64,000 nucleotides of DNA from the NCBI GenBank assembly GCA_964016885.1, contig OZ024742.1, forward strand, positions 101,184,001 to 101,248,000, in the 5' to 3' direction. Positions 1 to 12,255 of this stretch are shown here, one piece after another. The notes below the pieces were generated by a model, which saw only the letters and a list, made by a program, of their open reading frames with translations, was not told the DNA's origin and did no database searches. Position 1 is the stretch's first letter. Each line of letters opens with the position of its first letter. A program made the translations under genes and the position numbers. Source of the DNA: Eledone cirrhosa. Lineage: Eukaryota.

Positions 1-183
1 TTGGCAGTATCGGTAGAGGGTCGGACGCCATGCTTTGCAGCAAAGAGTTACGGCCCTTTATGGTCTGAGTTCAAATCCTGCCGAGGTTAACTTTTTCTTT
101 CATCCTTATGGGGTCGATAAAATAAAGTACCAGTAATACACTGGGATAATTGCTGGCCTTGTGCCAAAAGTAGAAACAATTAT
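1..183 (+). mobile_element. tRNA-derived SINE family A (Meta/Sauria-like central domain)
   Basis: TGGCAG...GG A-box-like and GAGTTCAAATCC B-box head; central TTTCATCCTTAYGGGGTCGATAAAATAAAGTACCAG; tail GTAGAAACAATTA; many copies across window. Confidence 0.85.
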
Positions 184-1094
184 GAAATAGCATTATACAT
201 AGAATTACTGAAAGGACGTTATGTGTAATTCACATAAACGATATAAACAATTTAAATATATACATAAGGCGTTTTCCTCAGAAGAATTTAAAAAATAATA
301 TCAAACTAAAGCAGAGTATAACAGAATAAAATAAAAACAAAGAAAGAAAATAGTAATACTATCAATCACTATTACTGTGACAATTTAAGTAGTCTGACTT
401 TTATTGACGTCTCAAGCATTCCTTCAATGTGACATTATTATTCAGTCCACCAGTGCATTAAATAAAGTACCAGTAATGCACTGGTAATTGCTGGCCTTGT
501 GCCTAAAGTAGAAACAATTATTATTCAGTCCACCCATGCCATCAGCAGGAGCATTGTTCTTGCTATAAGGCAGAGAGTTGTCCTCCAATGTAAACAGAGA
601 GTTATTACCTGATGTTTATGTGAAGACATTCACACTAAAGCACACAACTTGAACATAGAGCTCAATTGAGTAAATTTCCATTGAAACCACCTTGGAGACA
701 ATTGACAATTCATGGGGACAGGCCATGATGAATAAGAAATGGGAGATGAGGCAGTTTTCACTATGAGACATAGTGAAAACTGCCCAGCAATGACAGGCTA
801 CTCAGCTAGTATTTTAATAAAGCTGTCTTTTTTTAAGAAAAAAAACAAAAAACTCTTATGTCCAAGTATCAGACAAGGAAGTTTGACATTCTGATCAGGT
901 GTTTCATGTTTGGAAGTGACAGAGGAGAGGTGGGAGGAGGGACACACAGACAAACAAATATGCTACACATTTTAACTGATAATACTTGTCAATCAAGTTT
1001 GGCCAAGCCTTAGTAACTCCAAGAAGGAAACTGACTAATTGCACACATACGCACACCACACTTACACATGACCAAATATTTCATGTGTGTGAGT

Positions 1095-1097
<3 letters not shown>

Positions 1098-1169
<72 letters not shown>
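1098..1169. repeat. (TG)n microsatellite
   Basis: direct reading; other (TA)n tracts at ~14040, ~17520, ~48926. Confidence 0.98.
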
Positions 1170-1170
<1 letters not shown>

Positions 1171-1904
1171 ATAGCAAGGTTTTAAGGGCTGGGGCATTAA
1201 ATAGTCATGTTTTAACCAGATATGACAAGCAGGAAGCTGAAGGGAGCTTAAAGAATTGGATATTAGCAGAGAAGGGAGGGGGAAAGAAGGATAAAAATAT
1301 ATAGAGTGAGAAAGTGAGAAGTACAACGATATAGAGAGGGGAGGAAGAGTGAAAGGAGAGAGATATAGTTAAGGGAGAGAGTGTGAAATCCAAAATAAAC
1401 AACAATAATGTAACAACTAATAATTTCTCTCAAACACAGTTTTATGATCTTGTCTTTTTACTCAACAAATTTCAACTGGATTGTATAATATATGCAATAA
1501 AAAAAATGAAAGAAAACATGAAATGGCAAAAGTAAGGGAAGAGTGGAAGGGATAGAAGATTCTACACTCCATTCAAAGCCATATATCTCTGTTGTATGCC
1601 ACAGACAAAATGGTGAAGACATTGCTGCAGAGAACAGCCATTGATACCCACAGCAATTGCAGGTGCACTCCTAATTTTGTAGGGGAAAATGGCAGTTGAA
1701 AGACCAAAGACACGAGAGGTCTTGATGGCAACTGGCACAAAAATGAAGTAGACAGTCAAGATATACTTAGAACCTGTTACTGACAGTAATGGGACCTCAT
1801 ATTTAGAGAGGAGAGCACGCAGGCGTTACTAACACAGACATTTAATATAGCAATGGATTAGAATTGAAACTGTGTTGTTGACTCAGTTTGTTAAATAAGG
1901 AGTT

Positions 1905-2520
1905 TCTACTTTTGGCACAAAGCCAGCAAATTGAAGGGAAGGAGAAAGAAAGCTGTTTAAATCACCCCCAGTACACTGCTGGTGCTTTAACGACCCTGTA
2001 AGGAAAAGCTAAACTTGACGGGATATGAATTCAGAATATTAAGGGGCCATGACTATATGCCGCAAAGCATGGCGTACAACCCTCTACCGATACTGCCAAT
2101 CCACCGCCCTTTCAATAATAATTGTTTCTACTTTTAGGCACAAGGCCAGCAATTACCCAGTACATTACTGGTACTTTATTTTATCGGCCCCGTAAGGATG
2201 AAAGGCAAAGTCAACCTCGGCGGGATTTGAACTCAAAATGGCAAGGGCCGTAACTCTATGCGTCAAAGCATGGCGACCGACCCTCTACCGGTACTGCCAA
2301 TCCACCGTTTCTAATTTAGACAAGGCCAAAAATTTTTGGGGGGAGGGGGGTCGATTACATTGACCCCAGCAGTATTTGACTGGTACTTTATTCTATTGAC
2401 CCTGGAAGGATGAAAGACAAAGTTGACCGTAGCATGATTTCTATAACTAAATGTTACTAAGCATTTTGTCCAACTAACAATTCTGTCAATCCATTGCAGA
2501 TGATAATAATAATAGTTTCT
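1905..2520 (-). mobile_element. Three head-to-tail SINE A copies
   Basis: reverse complements of SINE A at about 1905-2110, 2115-2310 and 2322-2500. Confidence 0.8.
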
Positions 2521-2979
2521 TTTATTGACTAAGAGCCTAAACTGCTGGGGATAATACAAGAACATTGAATAAGTGCATGGCAGATAGTTTTGTCATTCAA
2601 GACAGATTTAGCTGCTGTTAGCTTTAACATGGCTGTATCTGTAGAGTTTATCATGAACAGGTAAAGCTCTCCCTGTGGCAGTGCATGGTCAAGGGCTTTT
2701 GACATAACCAAAACCATAGGAATTATAAATATACACAGCATACAAAAAATAGCACTACTAGACAGTGCACACATATTATGAAGAGTACTCCCAATACAAT
2801 AGAAACAACAGCATCAAAAACCACACTGCACACATCCAAGACACACAGAGCTGTGCTCAATAATGTAGTGATGATGTGCAACAAAAATAAGACTAATAAT
2901 AATAACCCCCCCCCCCCCTTAATGCAGACAATTACTAGTTTTCTTAACTGGAATATATTATTTCTCCATTATAACAAGG

Positions 2980-3163
2980 TGAATTGGCAGTATCGGTAGA
3001 GGGTCGGGCGCCATGCTTTGCAGCACAGTTACGTCCCTTTACGGACTGAGTTCAAATCCCGCCGAGGTTAACTTTGCCTTTCATCCTTACAGGGTCGATA
3101 AAATAAAGTACCAGTAATACACTGAGATAATTGCTGGCCTTGTGCCAAAAGTAGAAACAATTA
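2980..3163 (+). mobile_element. SINE A with 12-bp TSD
   Basis: ATTATAACAAGG at 2968-2979 and 3160-3171. Confidence 0.88.
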
Positions 3164-6054
3164 TAACAAGGAGTCATAGTTTATAAAAAATAAACAAGTA
3201 GTGGCCAGACAGAAAACAGTATGGGGACTGTTAGTGGTGTTGAGGAGAGGAGTAACTGCTACAGTTTTGCCTTATCAAGATAGTAGGCAATCCCACCCAC
3301 TGACACTTAAAATATTTCAAGGTGGAGAACAATGTTATTTACTCATCTCTTGTGGAAGTAAATTGTTTCTTTTTGTTTTTCATTTTATTGCTCTACTTTT
3401 AACATTTGAATTTTTCAACAATTACTTGCCCAACTTGTAAGTTGAAAACATGTAAAGGAGGATATATGCCAAGTTTTTCAAGTTTACAGGTTTTATGTTT
3501 TTATTTTTTTGTTATTGCCCACACTGGAAAGTGGAAATGCTGGTGTCATGATAGAATGCATCCAGCCTACTCTGTAAAGTGTTAGTACTACGAAAGTGTT
3601 AGTACTACGAAAAGAGCACCCAATCCATCTTGTCAGGTGGTAAATGGTAAAGTACCATTGAAATTGCTCCACAATTTTCAAACTGAATATTCTTTCATAT
3701 GTCTAAAATACATTCTTAATACTCGTATCTTAGAATTCATATTTGAATTTTTTATCTTCCTTGCTTGTTGTCATTGTTGTTACAGCTTACACTTATATAG
3801 GTTTAGCTGGATTCCGCAATGTTGCATCTCATACGTTACTCGAATATTTTAATGACAGGAGCTCCAGTCTTATGATAAAACTCCCTGCTGGACCAGTCGC
3901 AAGTCTGTTGCAGGTGTTAACTCCCAGCTGCTATTGGTGCTCATTTTTTTTTCCAGCTGAAATGAAGCATCTTGCTCAAGGACAATGTTCTAGCCAATCC
4001 AGAAATGGAATCCACGACTTTATGATCATGAGCCCAACACTCTAACCACTAGGACATGTACCTTCACATCCACATATTTTATGGCTTGTCACTTGCCTCT
4101 ACCTGGTGTTCTTTGATGATAAATTTTACATAACCATGTTTACCTCAGAAGTCCCATATAAAACACCCAACAGAAAAACAATATATACTAAAAGATTGTA
4201 TATTCACAGGTTTTACTCCTGGATTTAACACTACTATGTAAATCCAAAGAATACAGACACTCCTCAAGATATGACAGGCAATTTATGAGCCCCCACAGTT
4301 ACAATCATTTATATTTGCACACGCATATTTCCTCTTGGCATACATTATGCTTCAGCGGTTAAATTCAAATATTCATACATCCAAAAAGACATACACAAAG
4401 AGACAAAAACCATGCCTGTGTTAAATAATAATGAATAAAAAAGATTAAATAATAGTTATGTAGTACAGTACACATGAGTAATGCATCTAAAATACCTCTT
4501 CCTTAGTCATATGTATTGGTCTATATCGACTTAGAACCACATGGTTGGGACAAAACCTAGTCATAAGTCAAAGAATGTACCTGCATTTGTCATTATCTAT
4601 GTGTGTATGGGCTTGTAATTTCTGATGAAGTTGTAGGTGTGCCACAGTGACATATGACATGTCTTGGGCATTTTTTAATACCTGGAAGAGACACCTCCCC
4701 TCTCTCCAGGTCTGAACACAGTTAATTTCTTCCAGAGAGAGAGAGGTGGGAGGAAGTGAGAATGAGATGTAAAGGAAAAATCAACCCTAGTACTGGACTG
4801 GTACTTTTTTATCGAAAGGATGAAAGGTAAAGTTCACCACAGCAGGTTTTGAACTCAGTATGCAGAGAGCCAAAAGGAACATCACAAAGCATTGTTTTAA
4901 TGACTGCCAATTTGCTGTCTCTATTTGTCATTAAGCCCCCATTAAATATCGTATAGCCCCACACACTATTATTTTATCAAAAAGAAAAAAAGCCATATTA
5001 AACAAAATCCAATTAACAATGAATAAACCAGCTAACTAGTAAAAGACCATAAATGATTTCAACCAGAGAGTAACACCACCTCCCTACCACATTTCCAGTA
5101 TAAATAAAGTAGATAAAAGATATAGTTGACTGCAAACAATATAAATAGCTATCATTAAACAAATGAAAGTATTTTAAAGAGAATACTCTTAACAAAATGT
5201 ACAATATACCCTCACCACTGATAAACTAAATTTAGTTTATGAATGCTTTCGATGCCGATACAAAGTTACTGCTCTTCTAGAAAGGTCAGACAATTCTCAC
5301 CCATACGTGTCACATTTTGATATGGTTTCTACAGAGGAATGCCCTTCTTTACACCAACCACATTGCAGAGTGTACTGGGTATGTTTTATCATGGCCCCAG
5401 AATTAAAAAGAATGTAATATCTTTGCCAAAATAATATATACACTAACCAAGGAATTGAACTCAACCAGCAAATAGACTGACATATTGACTATGTTATTGT
5501 CCTGTAGGACAACTATGTAATGGAAATCAAAAGCTTTAAATATAACAGGTGATAAGTGCAACCCCTTGGATAACATATCTATATATATTCTAATTTAAGT
5601 GAAACAGGCAAGCAACATCAGAAGTAACTAATCAATGAATACAAGCATATTCCAGACATGGTCAATGGTATAAGAACAATCTATCTCCAAGGTTTGAATA
5701 AAGGGTTTGAATCACAATTCTTATACCAAATACAACAGACACATAGAGAAGGCTGGAGGTGTTCAATGGTTACAACGCAGTGACTAGTCTGAATATATCA
5801 GTGTATATAATACTGATTCATCATCTCAGAAATTCTGATAAAACAGATTTACAAAATTATAGATGACTCATTAAGCCATATAGAAGGTATCAGTTAAAAG
5901 TGATACTGGGTAGAGAGAACTCCTAGTGGTGATAAAATACACCCAGTCCATGCTGTAAAGTGCTTGGTTATAGAAAAGGTATCCAGCTAGAAAACTTCTA
6001 CAATAAAGAAAGAAATCATCATGGGAAAAACAGAGACGTAAAATGAAAATAATG

Positions 6055-6253
6055 ATTTCTACTATAGGCACAAGGTTAGCAACTTTGAAGGAATGGAAAG
6101 TCGATTAAATTTCTAATGCTTTATTTTATCGACCCTGTAAGGATGAAAGGCAAAGCAAACCTCGGCGGGATTTGAACTCAGATCGTAAAGGAGTGTAACT
6201 ATGCTGTAAAGCACAGTGTCCAACGCTCTACCGATACTGCCAATCCACCACCC
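6055..6253 (-). mobile_element. SINE A
   Basis: reverse complement of family A head, core and tail. Confidence 0.85.
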
Positions 6254-6301
6254 TAAAATGATAGCAATAAATGATGATGTAACTTCAATGGTGCAATAAA
6301 A

Positions 6302-6424
6302 TATCACCTTGATCACCTTGACCGCCCAGTCTGTCGGGCGCCAATCGGCGCCGCTGGTCACAGCACGTCGTGCTGTTTTAGCCATAAGATAACGCCATCC
6401 CACTGGCTGCACGGGCAGGCCACA
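6302..6424 (-). mobile_element. GC-rich 3' tail of a SINE/RTE-type retroposon
   Basis: - strand GGCTAAAACAGCACG...GTGACCAGCG...CGGT ending in (CAAGGTGAT)2; short hairpins; resembles cephalopod retroposon tails from memory. Confidence 0.55.
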
Positions 6425-6967
6425 ATAAAATATAAGGTTTGTAATGTTGAGAAATCTCAATGGAAAACTTTGAACAAAGCATTTATGATCATATTTACAA
6501 GTTTTCATGAAATAGTCTTTTAAGACTATACAGAGCATTTGATGTTATTCCAAATTGAAGGATAAGTGTTTCAAACTTTATTTTATCATGAGTTAAAGGT
6601 CTATAGATTTTCCCTGGATTTTACTAAATTCTGTGGATGAATTTATATCCTGATTCTCTTTTGAGATGAGTTTGAGTTATTTTTCCTAAATCTTTCGTTA
6701 ACTACTTTTCCCATCTTGACGTTATAGTCGCATATATGTTATAGAATGCCGTTAGCTTCTTGCTAAAACAATCTCTATACCTCTCATTTATATATAAAGC
6801 ATATATATATTTTCATACTTATTTCAAGTGAATATACCCCCCCCCCCTAAAAAAATGGTTTGTAAATTAGGTCTGAATAATAATAAAAACATTCCACAAA
6901 CACTTCCTATTGTTATCTACTGTAACAGACATAATAATGCAGCCAACATTTATAACTACCGATAATG

Positions 6968-7255
6968 TGGGAGTGGTGTTCAGATAAAACTTAGATGAGG
7001 CGATATATTACTACAAAGTTCCTAGCTTTCCCTGAGAGTAGTGTGTAGATAGAGTGGAATGGGGTTGTATACACTACACAGCTCCTAACTTCTCCTGGGA
7101 GTGGTGTTTGGATATAGTGGAACAAGGTAGTATATAATGCAGTACCTAGCTTCTGCTGGGAGTAGTGTGTAGATACAGTGGAATGAGATGGTAAATTACA
7201 CAGCTTCTGGGAGTGATATATAGATATAAAGTGGAAGAAGGTGGCATACACTGCT
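6968..7255. repeat. Degenerate ~60-bp minisatellite
   Basis: about 5 units of CTGGGAGTRGTGTRTAGATANAGTGGAA. Confidence 0.7.
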
Positions 7256-7262
7256 CCTAAAT

Positions 7263-7427
7263 CAATGGTTCTCAGCCTGGGGTCCGTATAGACAGTACTG
7301 TCTTCCTTTCAATTTATTATCCTTGCTGTATACTAAGATGGAAGTAGTTGTAGGGGGGTAAGGTCAGACTGGAAAAATTAATTTAAACAAAAGATATCCT
7401 CGGTAGTAAAAAGGTTGGGAGCCACTA
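7263..7427. mobile_element. hAT (Charlie/MER5-like) MITE, degenerate
   Basis: ends CAATGGTTCTCAGCCT ... AGGTTGGGAGCCACTA resemble CAGTGGTTCTCAACCT terminal inverted repeats. Confidence 0.6.
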
Positions 7428-8479
7428 TCTTAGCTTCTACTAAAAGAAGGTTACTGTACAATATACAATGACCATGGACAGGAGATTTTAAGAGTAACAT
7501 TTATTACCTCAGCAAGTGACATATACACTTTGAAACTCACATTATACAGTTGACCATGCATGCCAGAATGTACACTATGGTTTTCAACTAGGCAGAGGTA
7601 TGGTATATCTGGGACTATGGATTTGTGAATTGCACCTAGTCATCCAACTAACTATCATCATCATCATTTATCGCCTACTTTCCCTGTTAACAAGGGATGG
7701 ATGGGTTGTCCACAGTCCAGATCAGTGTGTCATAAGCCTGCATCTCACTTACATACATTTCTGCATCCTACCAAGTGTCCAAACAAGCCAGCAGGCTGCT
7801 TATATACAATCCTATGTACTAGAGTGCATTTTATTGTAACACCACACTGGTATTAGGAAGTATGTCATGTCTTAGACACAACTGAAAAGTTCTCCCAACC
7901 CTTGGGTTTTAAAACCATTTACCCTGCTAAAGCAGGAACAATGAGGGCTCCATGACAGGCTTCATACTCATCATGTGATCCTTTTTGGGGCAGTGTTTCA
8001 CAGCTGGAAGCCTTTCCTGACATCAAACCTTTTAGTCATCTTTTACAATACATAGGGATACGGTGTACCTATTCTGTTCCAGTTACACAGAAAACAATAA
8101 CAAATACATGTTAGAAAAATTCTAGAGGGACCAGTAGTTATGCAAAAAGGCACTTGATATCATCATCATAAAATAGGGGAGAAAGCAATGAGAGAGAAAA
8201 ACATAACTCCTGTAGCAACTAAGGGGAAAGGAAAGATACCAGATTAAGATGCTGATGACTAAGGTTGAGCTGTAGAGGGGGAGAATTTTAAAGACTGTGG
8301 ATATAAAGTTAAGGGGGTCATATTAGTTTAAATGACTCAGCAACAGCTGAGAATTAGAGATATTAGAATATCCTTTATATATTTTACTATTTTGCCAGTT
8401 GATCCTATGTGAAGAGGTCCTGGTGTTTGACAAATCATTTTGTGAATGTCTATTTACATTTTTCAATAATCTCAATTTT

Positions 8480-8800
8480 AAATAACTGTATAACCCATAA
8501 CTCCTGATAGAGTCATAGGGGCACAGTAGTGATATACAGCATATCTTGGGTACTTTAAACCTGGTGGAGCCCATTGATTTTCCAGGTCTGAATAGAGCCA
8601 ATTTCTTCCAGAGAAGGAGAAAGTGATATAGAGGAAGTGAGAAAAAGTTATAAAAGAAAAATCTTTTTTATCACCCTTGAAAGAAATAGAAACAAAATTG
8701 CCTGAGGCAGGTTTTGAACTCAAAGTACAGAAAGCTGGAATGTATACCTCAAAACATTCTATCCAACGTTCTAACAACTCTGTCAATTCGCCACCTTTAA
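8480..8800 (-). mobile_element. SINE variant with a different 3' region (also ~4690-4915 and ~28520-28815)
   Basis: shared TCCAGGTCTGAA...ATTTCTTCCAGAGA block joined to a SINE A-like head. Confidence 0.65.
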
Positions 8801-8947
8801 TTTGATGTACACAAGCTTTATTATTATGAGTTTTAAACATAACTAACAGAGCAGAAATTAAAAACAAAAGATTTGGCATGAGCTAGTTTAATGGCGGTGG
8901 AACAACACGAGTGAGGTGAAAGGCAAATATCAAAAAATGACTTTATA

Positions 8948-9143
8948 CAAGGGTCAGCAGAAAAGTTCATAGGCTGGCCAATACTCTCATGGAATGACCA
9001 AATAAGGTTTATTTTTCAACATAGTCCCTGGAAAGGAACAATCCAGTTATTGGTAAGAAGAGTTGAAATTAATGCATGCAAGATTTCACAGCTCTAGCAT
9101 CAATTCTTCATAGTCAGCCTATGAACTTTTCAGCTGATCCTTG
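8948..9143. mobile_element. Tc1/mariner-type MITE
   Basis: ~28-bp TIRs CAAGGGTCAGCAGAAAAGTTCATAGGCTG / CAGCCTATGAACTTTTCAGCTGATCCTTG flanked by TA. Confidence 0.85.
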
Positions 9144-9604
9144 TATATTAGCCTGGGTTTATTGGGAGTTAAAATAATTAGAAGAAATTAGATAAATTGT
9201 TTTCACCCATTTATTACTATAATTCTAATAAAATACAGTGAATTGATTAATGAAGAATTTGGAAGGTTTTGATAAAATTATTTTATTATTAAAATGGTAT
9301 TTCCAACATAGTATATGCTTCTTAGATTATGTTAGATTCTAATTTTAATGCATGTTTTTTTTCTATAGGACCAGAGACAGTTTCAGGTGAGTGTAAACAT
9401 TACCACCACATGGGTGTAGCCAATTTACTTCTGTTTTTTTTTTCTTGTTTCAAGGAAAGTAATTTGACATGCCTCAAAATATAGGGAAATAACAACAGCA
9501 GGATATAAACTTGTAATCAGTGAGTAGAGACACAATCAGTTATACTCAACTGAAGATAATGGCCATTTTGAAAGCATGATATGTTTGTGTGTGTGTGTGT
9601 GTGT

Positions 9605-10170
9605 ATCATCATTACTGTTTAATGTCTATTTACCATACTTGCATGGGCTAGGCAGGCTGTCATGTACTGTGGCTAGATGGTCAGGTGATCACAATTTGGT
9701 GGTATGGTTCAATTTTTTACTTGGTTTCTTCTGCTAGATGCCTTTCCTAATGCCAACCACTTTACAGTGTGTACTGGGAACATTTTATTGTGACTCCGGC
9801 ACTACCAACTTACTGGAGGAACTTTTTTTTTAATTATAAAACTAGTGCCATGACAAAGCACCCAGTCTATTCTGCATGGTGGTCATACTGGTGCTACAAC
9901 AAGAAGCATCCAATCCCACCTGTAAGGTGGTTATGCTGGTGTCACAATAAAAAAGCACTCAGTCTATTCTGTAAGATAGTAATAGTACCACAAAAAAAAC
10001 TCCCAGTTGACACTGTAATGTGGTTGGCATTAAGAAGAGCATCCATCTGTAGAAACAAAGCCAAAAATGTATCATATGAACAAGACGCAGTTACCTGACT
10101 TGTCTAGCCCCATAACATACAGCCTGTCTAACCCATGCAAGCATGAAAAATAGATGTTAAACAGTAGTAA
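9605..10170. mobile_element. Inverted pair of repeat family B (V-domain-like SINE with (GAT)n tail)
   Basis: - copy ~9605-9800 and + copy ~9840-10170 with GGCATTARGAAGRGCATCCA and ACCCATGCAAGCATG...GTTAAAC. Confidence 0.75.
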
Positions 10171-11989
10171 TGATATGAAACTGTAAAGTGTGATCTGCTG
10201 CTTAACATATAGCAAATCTGTGATGATGTTTTGAGCACAAGTTGGTACAGTTCAGCATTGTTCAATCAGTGATCATATCAAGAGAACTATTCTTTATGCG
10301 CTACTGACTGGAGAGTGGGCATCTAAACTATAATAAATAGAGAAGTACGGGACAGCGTCTAGAATATATTTTTTTATCCCGTTTGTAAAATAAGTTGGAT
10401 TACTTTGAATAAATAATGAATGAATATTAAATAATTTATCTACTAAATTTCGTTATTCTTGATTAAATATAAATAATTTTGTCGCTTATTTTAAGATTCA
10501 CTTCTTTAAAATTTTCAAATGTCAACACTTTGGTTAGCAATCGCTTAAATAAACATTCATATATTTCCGTCGATGGATTACGTTACTGATTACATAAGAG
10601 AGTGTAACACAGTCTTCGTTCAATTTTTGTGTATATTGTCAATTACGATTCTATTTGATGTATCATATCTACTTGCGTATAATATCAATATGCACACTAC
10701 ACATGCTAGCAGAAAAACCACCCTTTAGTTGGTTTTTCTGCTAGTGGACATAACTAGGTGAAGCTATTATAGTTCATTTTAAACTATTGCATTTTAGAGT
10801 AAACACTTAAAGACAGGGAGTGAATTCCAGAAGGATACAGTGCTGGGGAAGATGTAGCTAGTGTGACAGAAGGGGGGGGAGCCAGGTTCAACTAGAATTT
10901 AGATAGAAGTGGTATAAAGTCAGATAGCATTGTAATGGCTGTACAAGAAATAGAGGGAGCATTTGTTTATAAGTTAGTCAGAAGAAGATACACATTTATT
11001 GTCCATGACATTTGCAGGTCTTCCCACAATGGCTAGACTGATGTGGTCGAAGTCCACCCTGAACAACTGAAGGAAGTAACTAGAGGTCTGATCCAAACAC
11101 TTGCCACAACAAAGATCATGTCTATGACACAGGTGGAAGGGTCAGGAGGACTCTTCTGCTGTATCATAAATATGACAACCTCCCTAAACTGGTGCCATGA
11201 TAAAATGCACCCAGTGCACTCTGTTGGGTGCAGGAACATACGTGAGAAACAGTTGCCTCAATAGAAGTTGTGGTTCAAAGGGAATTGAAATTTCTAGAGA
11301 AAGCTTGGTCACAATGATTGTGACTTGGGCAGGTTTGTTGGAGTAATTTGCATTCCACTCAGAAAACACTGCTCCATTGGAACCAGTGTTGTTGAATAAA
11401 TGTCTGTGGCAGGGGATAAGGAAAACAGATTTTATATTATTTTTTATGGTACGTATGAGGGAAGATTGGTTCTCTGACATGTCTAGTCTAAGTTTCTGAT
11501 AGCTCATCTAACATTTCAATGTCAGCATTGAAAGTGGATATAAAATGATGTTCCAAAATGTTCCTCCCTAGATGACAACTAAACTCTGTCAGATGGTAGT
11601 TACACTCATCATCATCATTTTTATGTCTGCTTTCCATGCTAGCAAGGGCTGAACAGGTTGTCAGGTTTAGAGGCTAGATTAGTCAGGTGACCACATTTTG
11701 TTTATGCATTCCATATTTGGCATGGTTTCTATGGTTGGATGCCCTTCCCAACATGAACCACCTTATTAGATGTCTTTTTTTCGTGGCACCAACATTACCA
11801 CTTTACAGGGTGGGTTGGGTATATTTTATCATGGCACAACCACTAGAGAGGTTGTCATATGATTGTTCAAACTCAAAAGGTCTCTCAGACTCTATATTGT
11901 TTCTGTTCAATTGCCTAATACTATGTTGCAGAGCTTGTACTGGTGGGAAAGTCTTTTGTATTATGTTATGTTACAGTGTCAGCTGTTCT

Positions 11990-12255
11990 ATTCCAGGTGA
12001 TAGCTGCTCTGTACCAAATATCCCCCTTCTTTGGTCCCAGATGATAGCTACACAGTACCAGATGTCCACCCTCCTCTACCCGAGACGATAGCTTTACTGT
12101 CCTAGATGTCCTCCTCCTCTGCCCCAGATGATAGCCGCATGGTACTAGATGTTCTGTCCCAGATGATAACTGCACTATACCAGAGGTCACCCTCCTCTAT
12201 CCAGATAATAACTGCACTGTACTAGATGTTCTTCCGTAAATGGTAGCTGCACTAT
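11990..12255. repeat. Degenerate minisatellite
   Basis: repeated CCAGATGATAGCTGCACTGTACYAGATGTC units. Confidence 0.75.

Noticed and set aside
1-183. tRNA genes at GAGTTCAAATCC motifs
   Set aside because: These are SINE heads without a cloverleaf, each joined to the SINE core
1068-1405. ORFs with VC/HT repeats, and similar ORFs at 13881, 17450, 40578, 46632, 46994 and 48852
   Set aside because: Translations of microsatellites or minisatellites
1562-2999. ORFs 1562-1759, 2529-2774 and 2778-2999 as exons of the - strand gene
   Set aside because: No recognisable protein motif and no convincing splice-site pair
6113-6538. 141-aa - strand ORF; GC-rich structured stretch as an HDV/twister ribozyme
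   Set aside because: Spans a SINE and a retroposon tail ending in (CAAGGTGAT)2; no ribozyme core could be fitted
10218-10310. Possible C/D snoRNA (GTGATGA...CTGA)
   Set aside because: No terminal stem or recognisable rRNA guide, and opposite to the putative host strand
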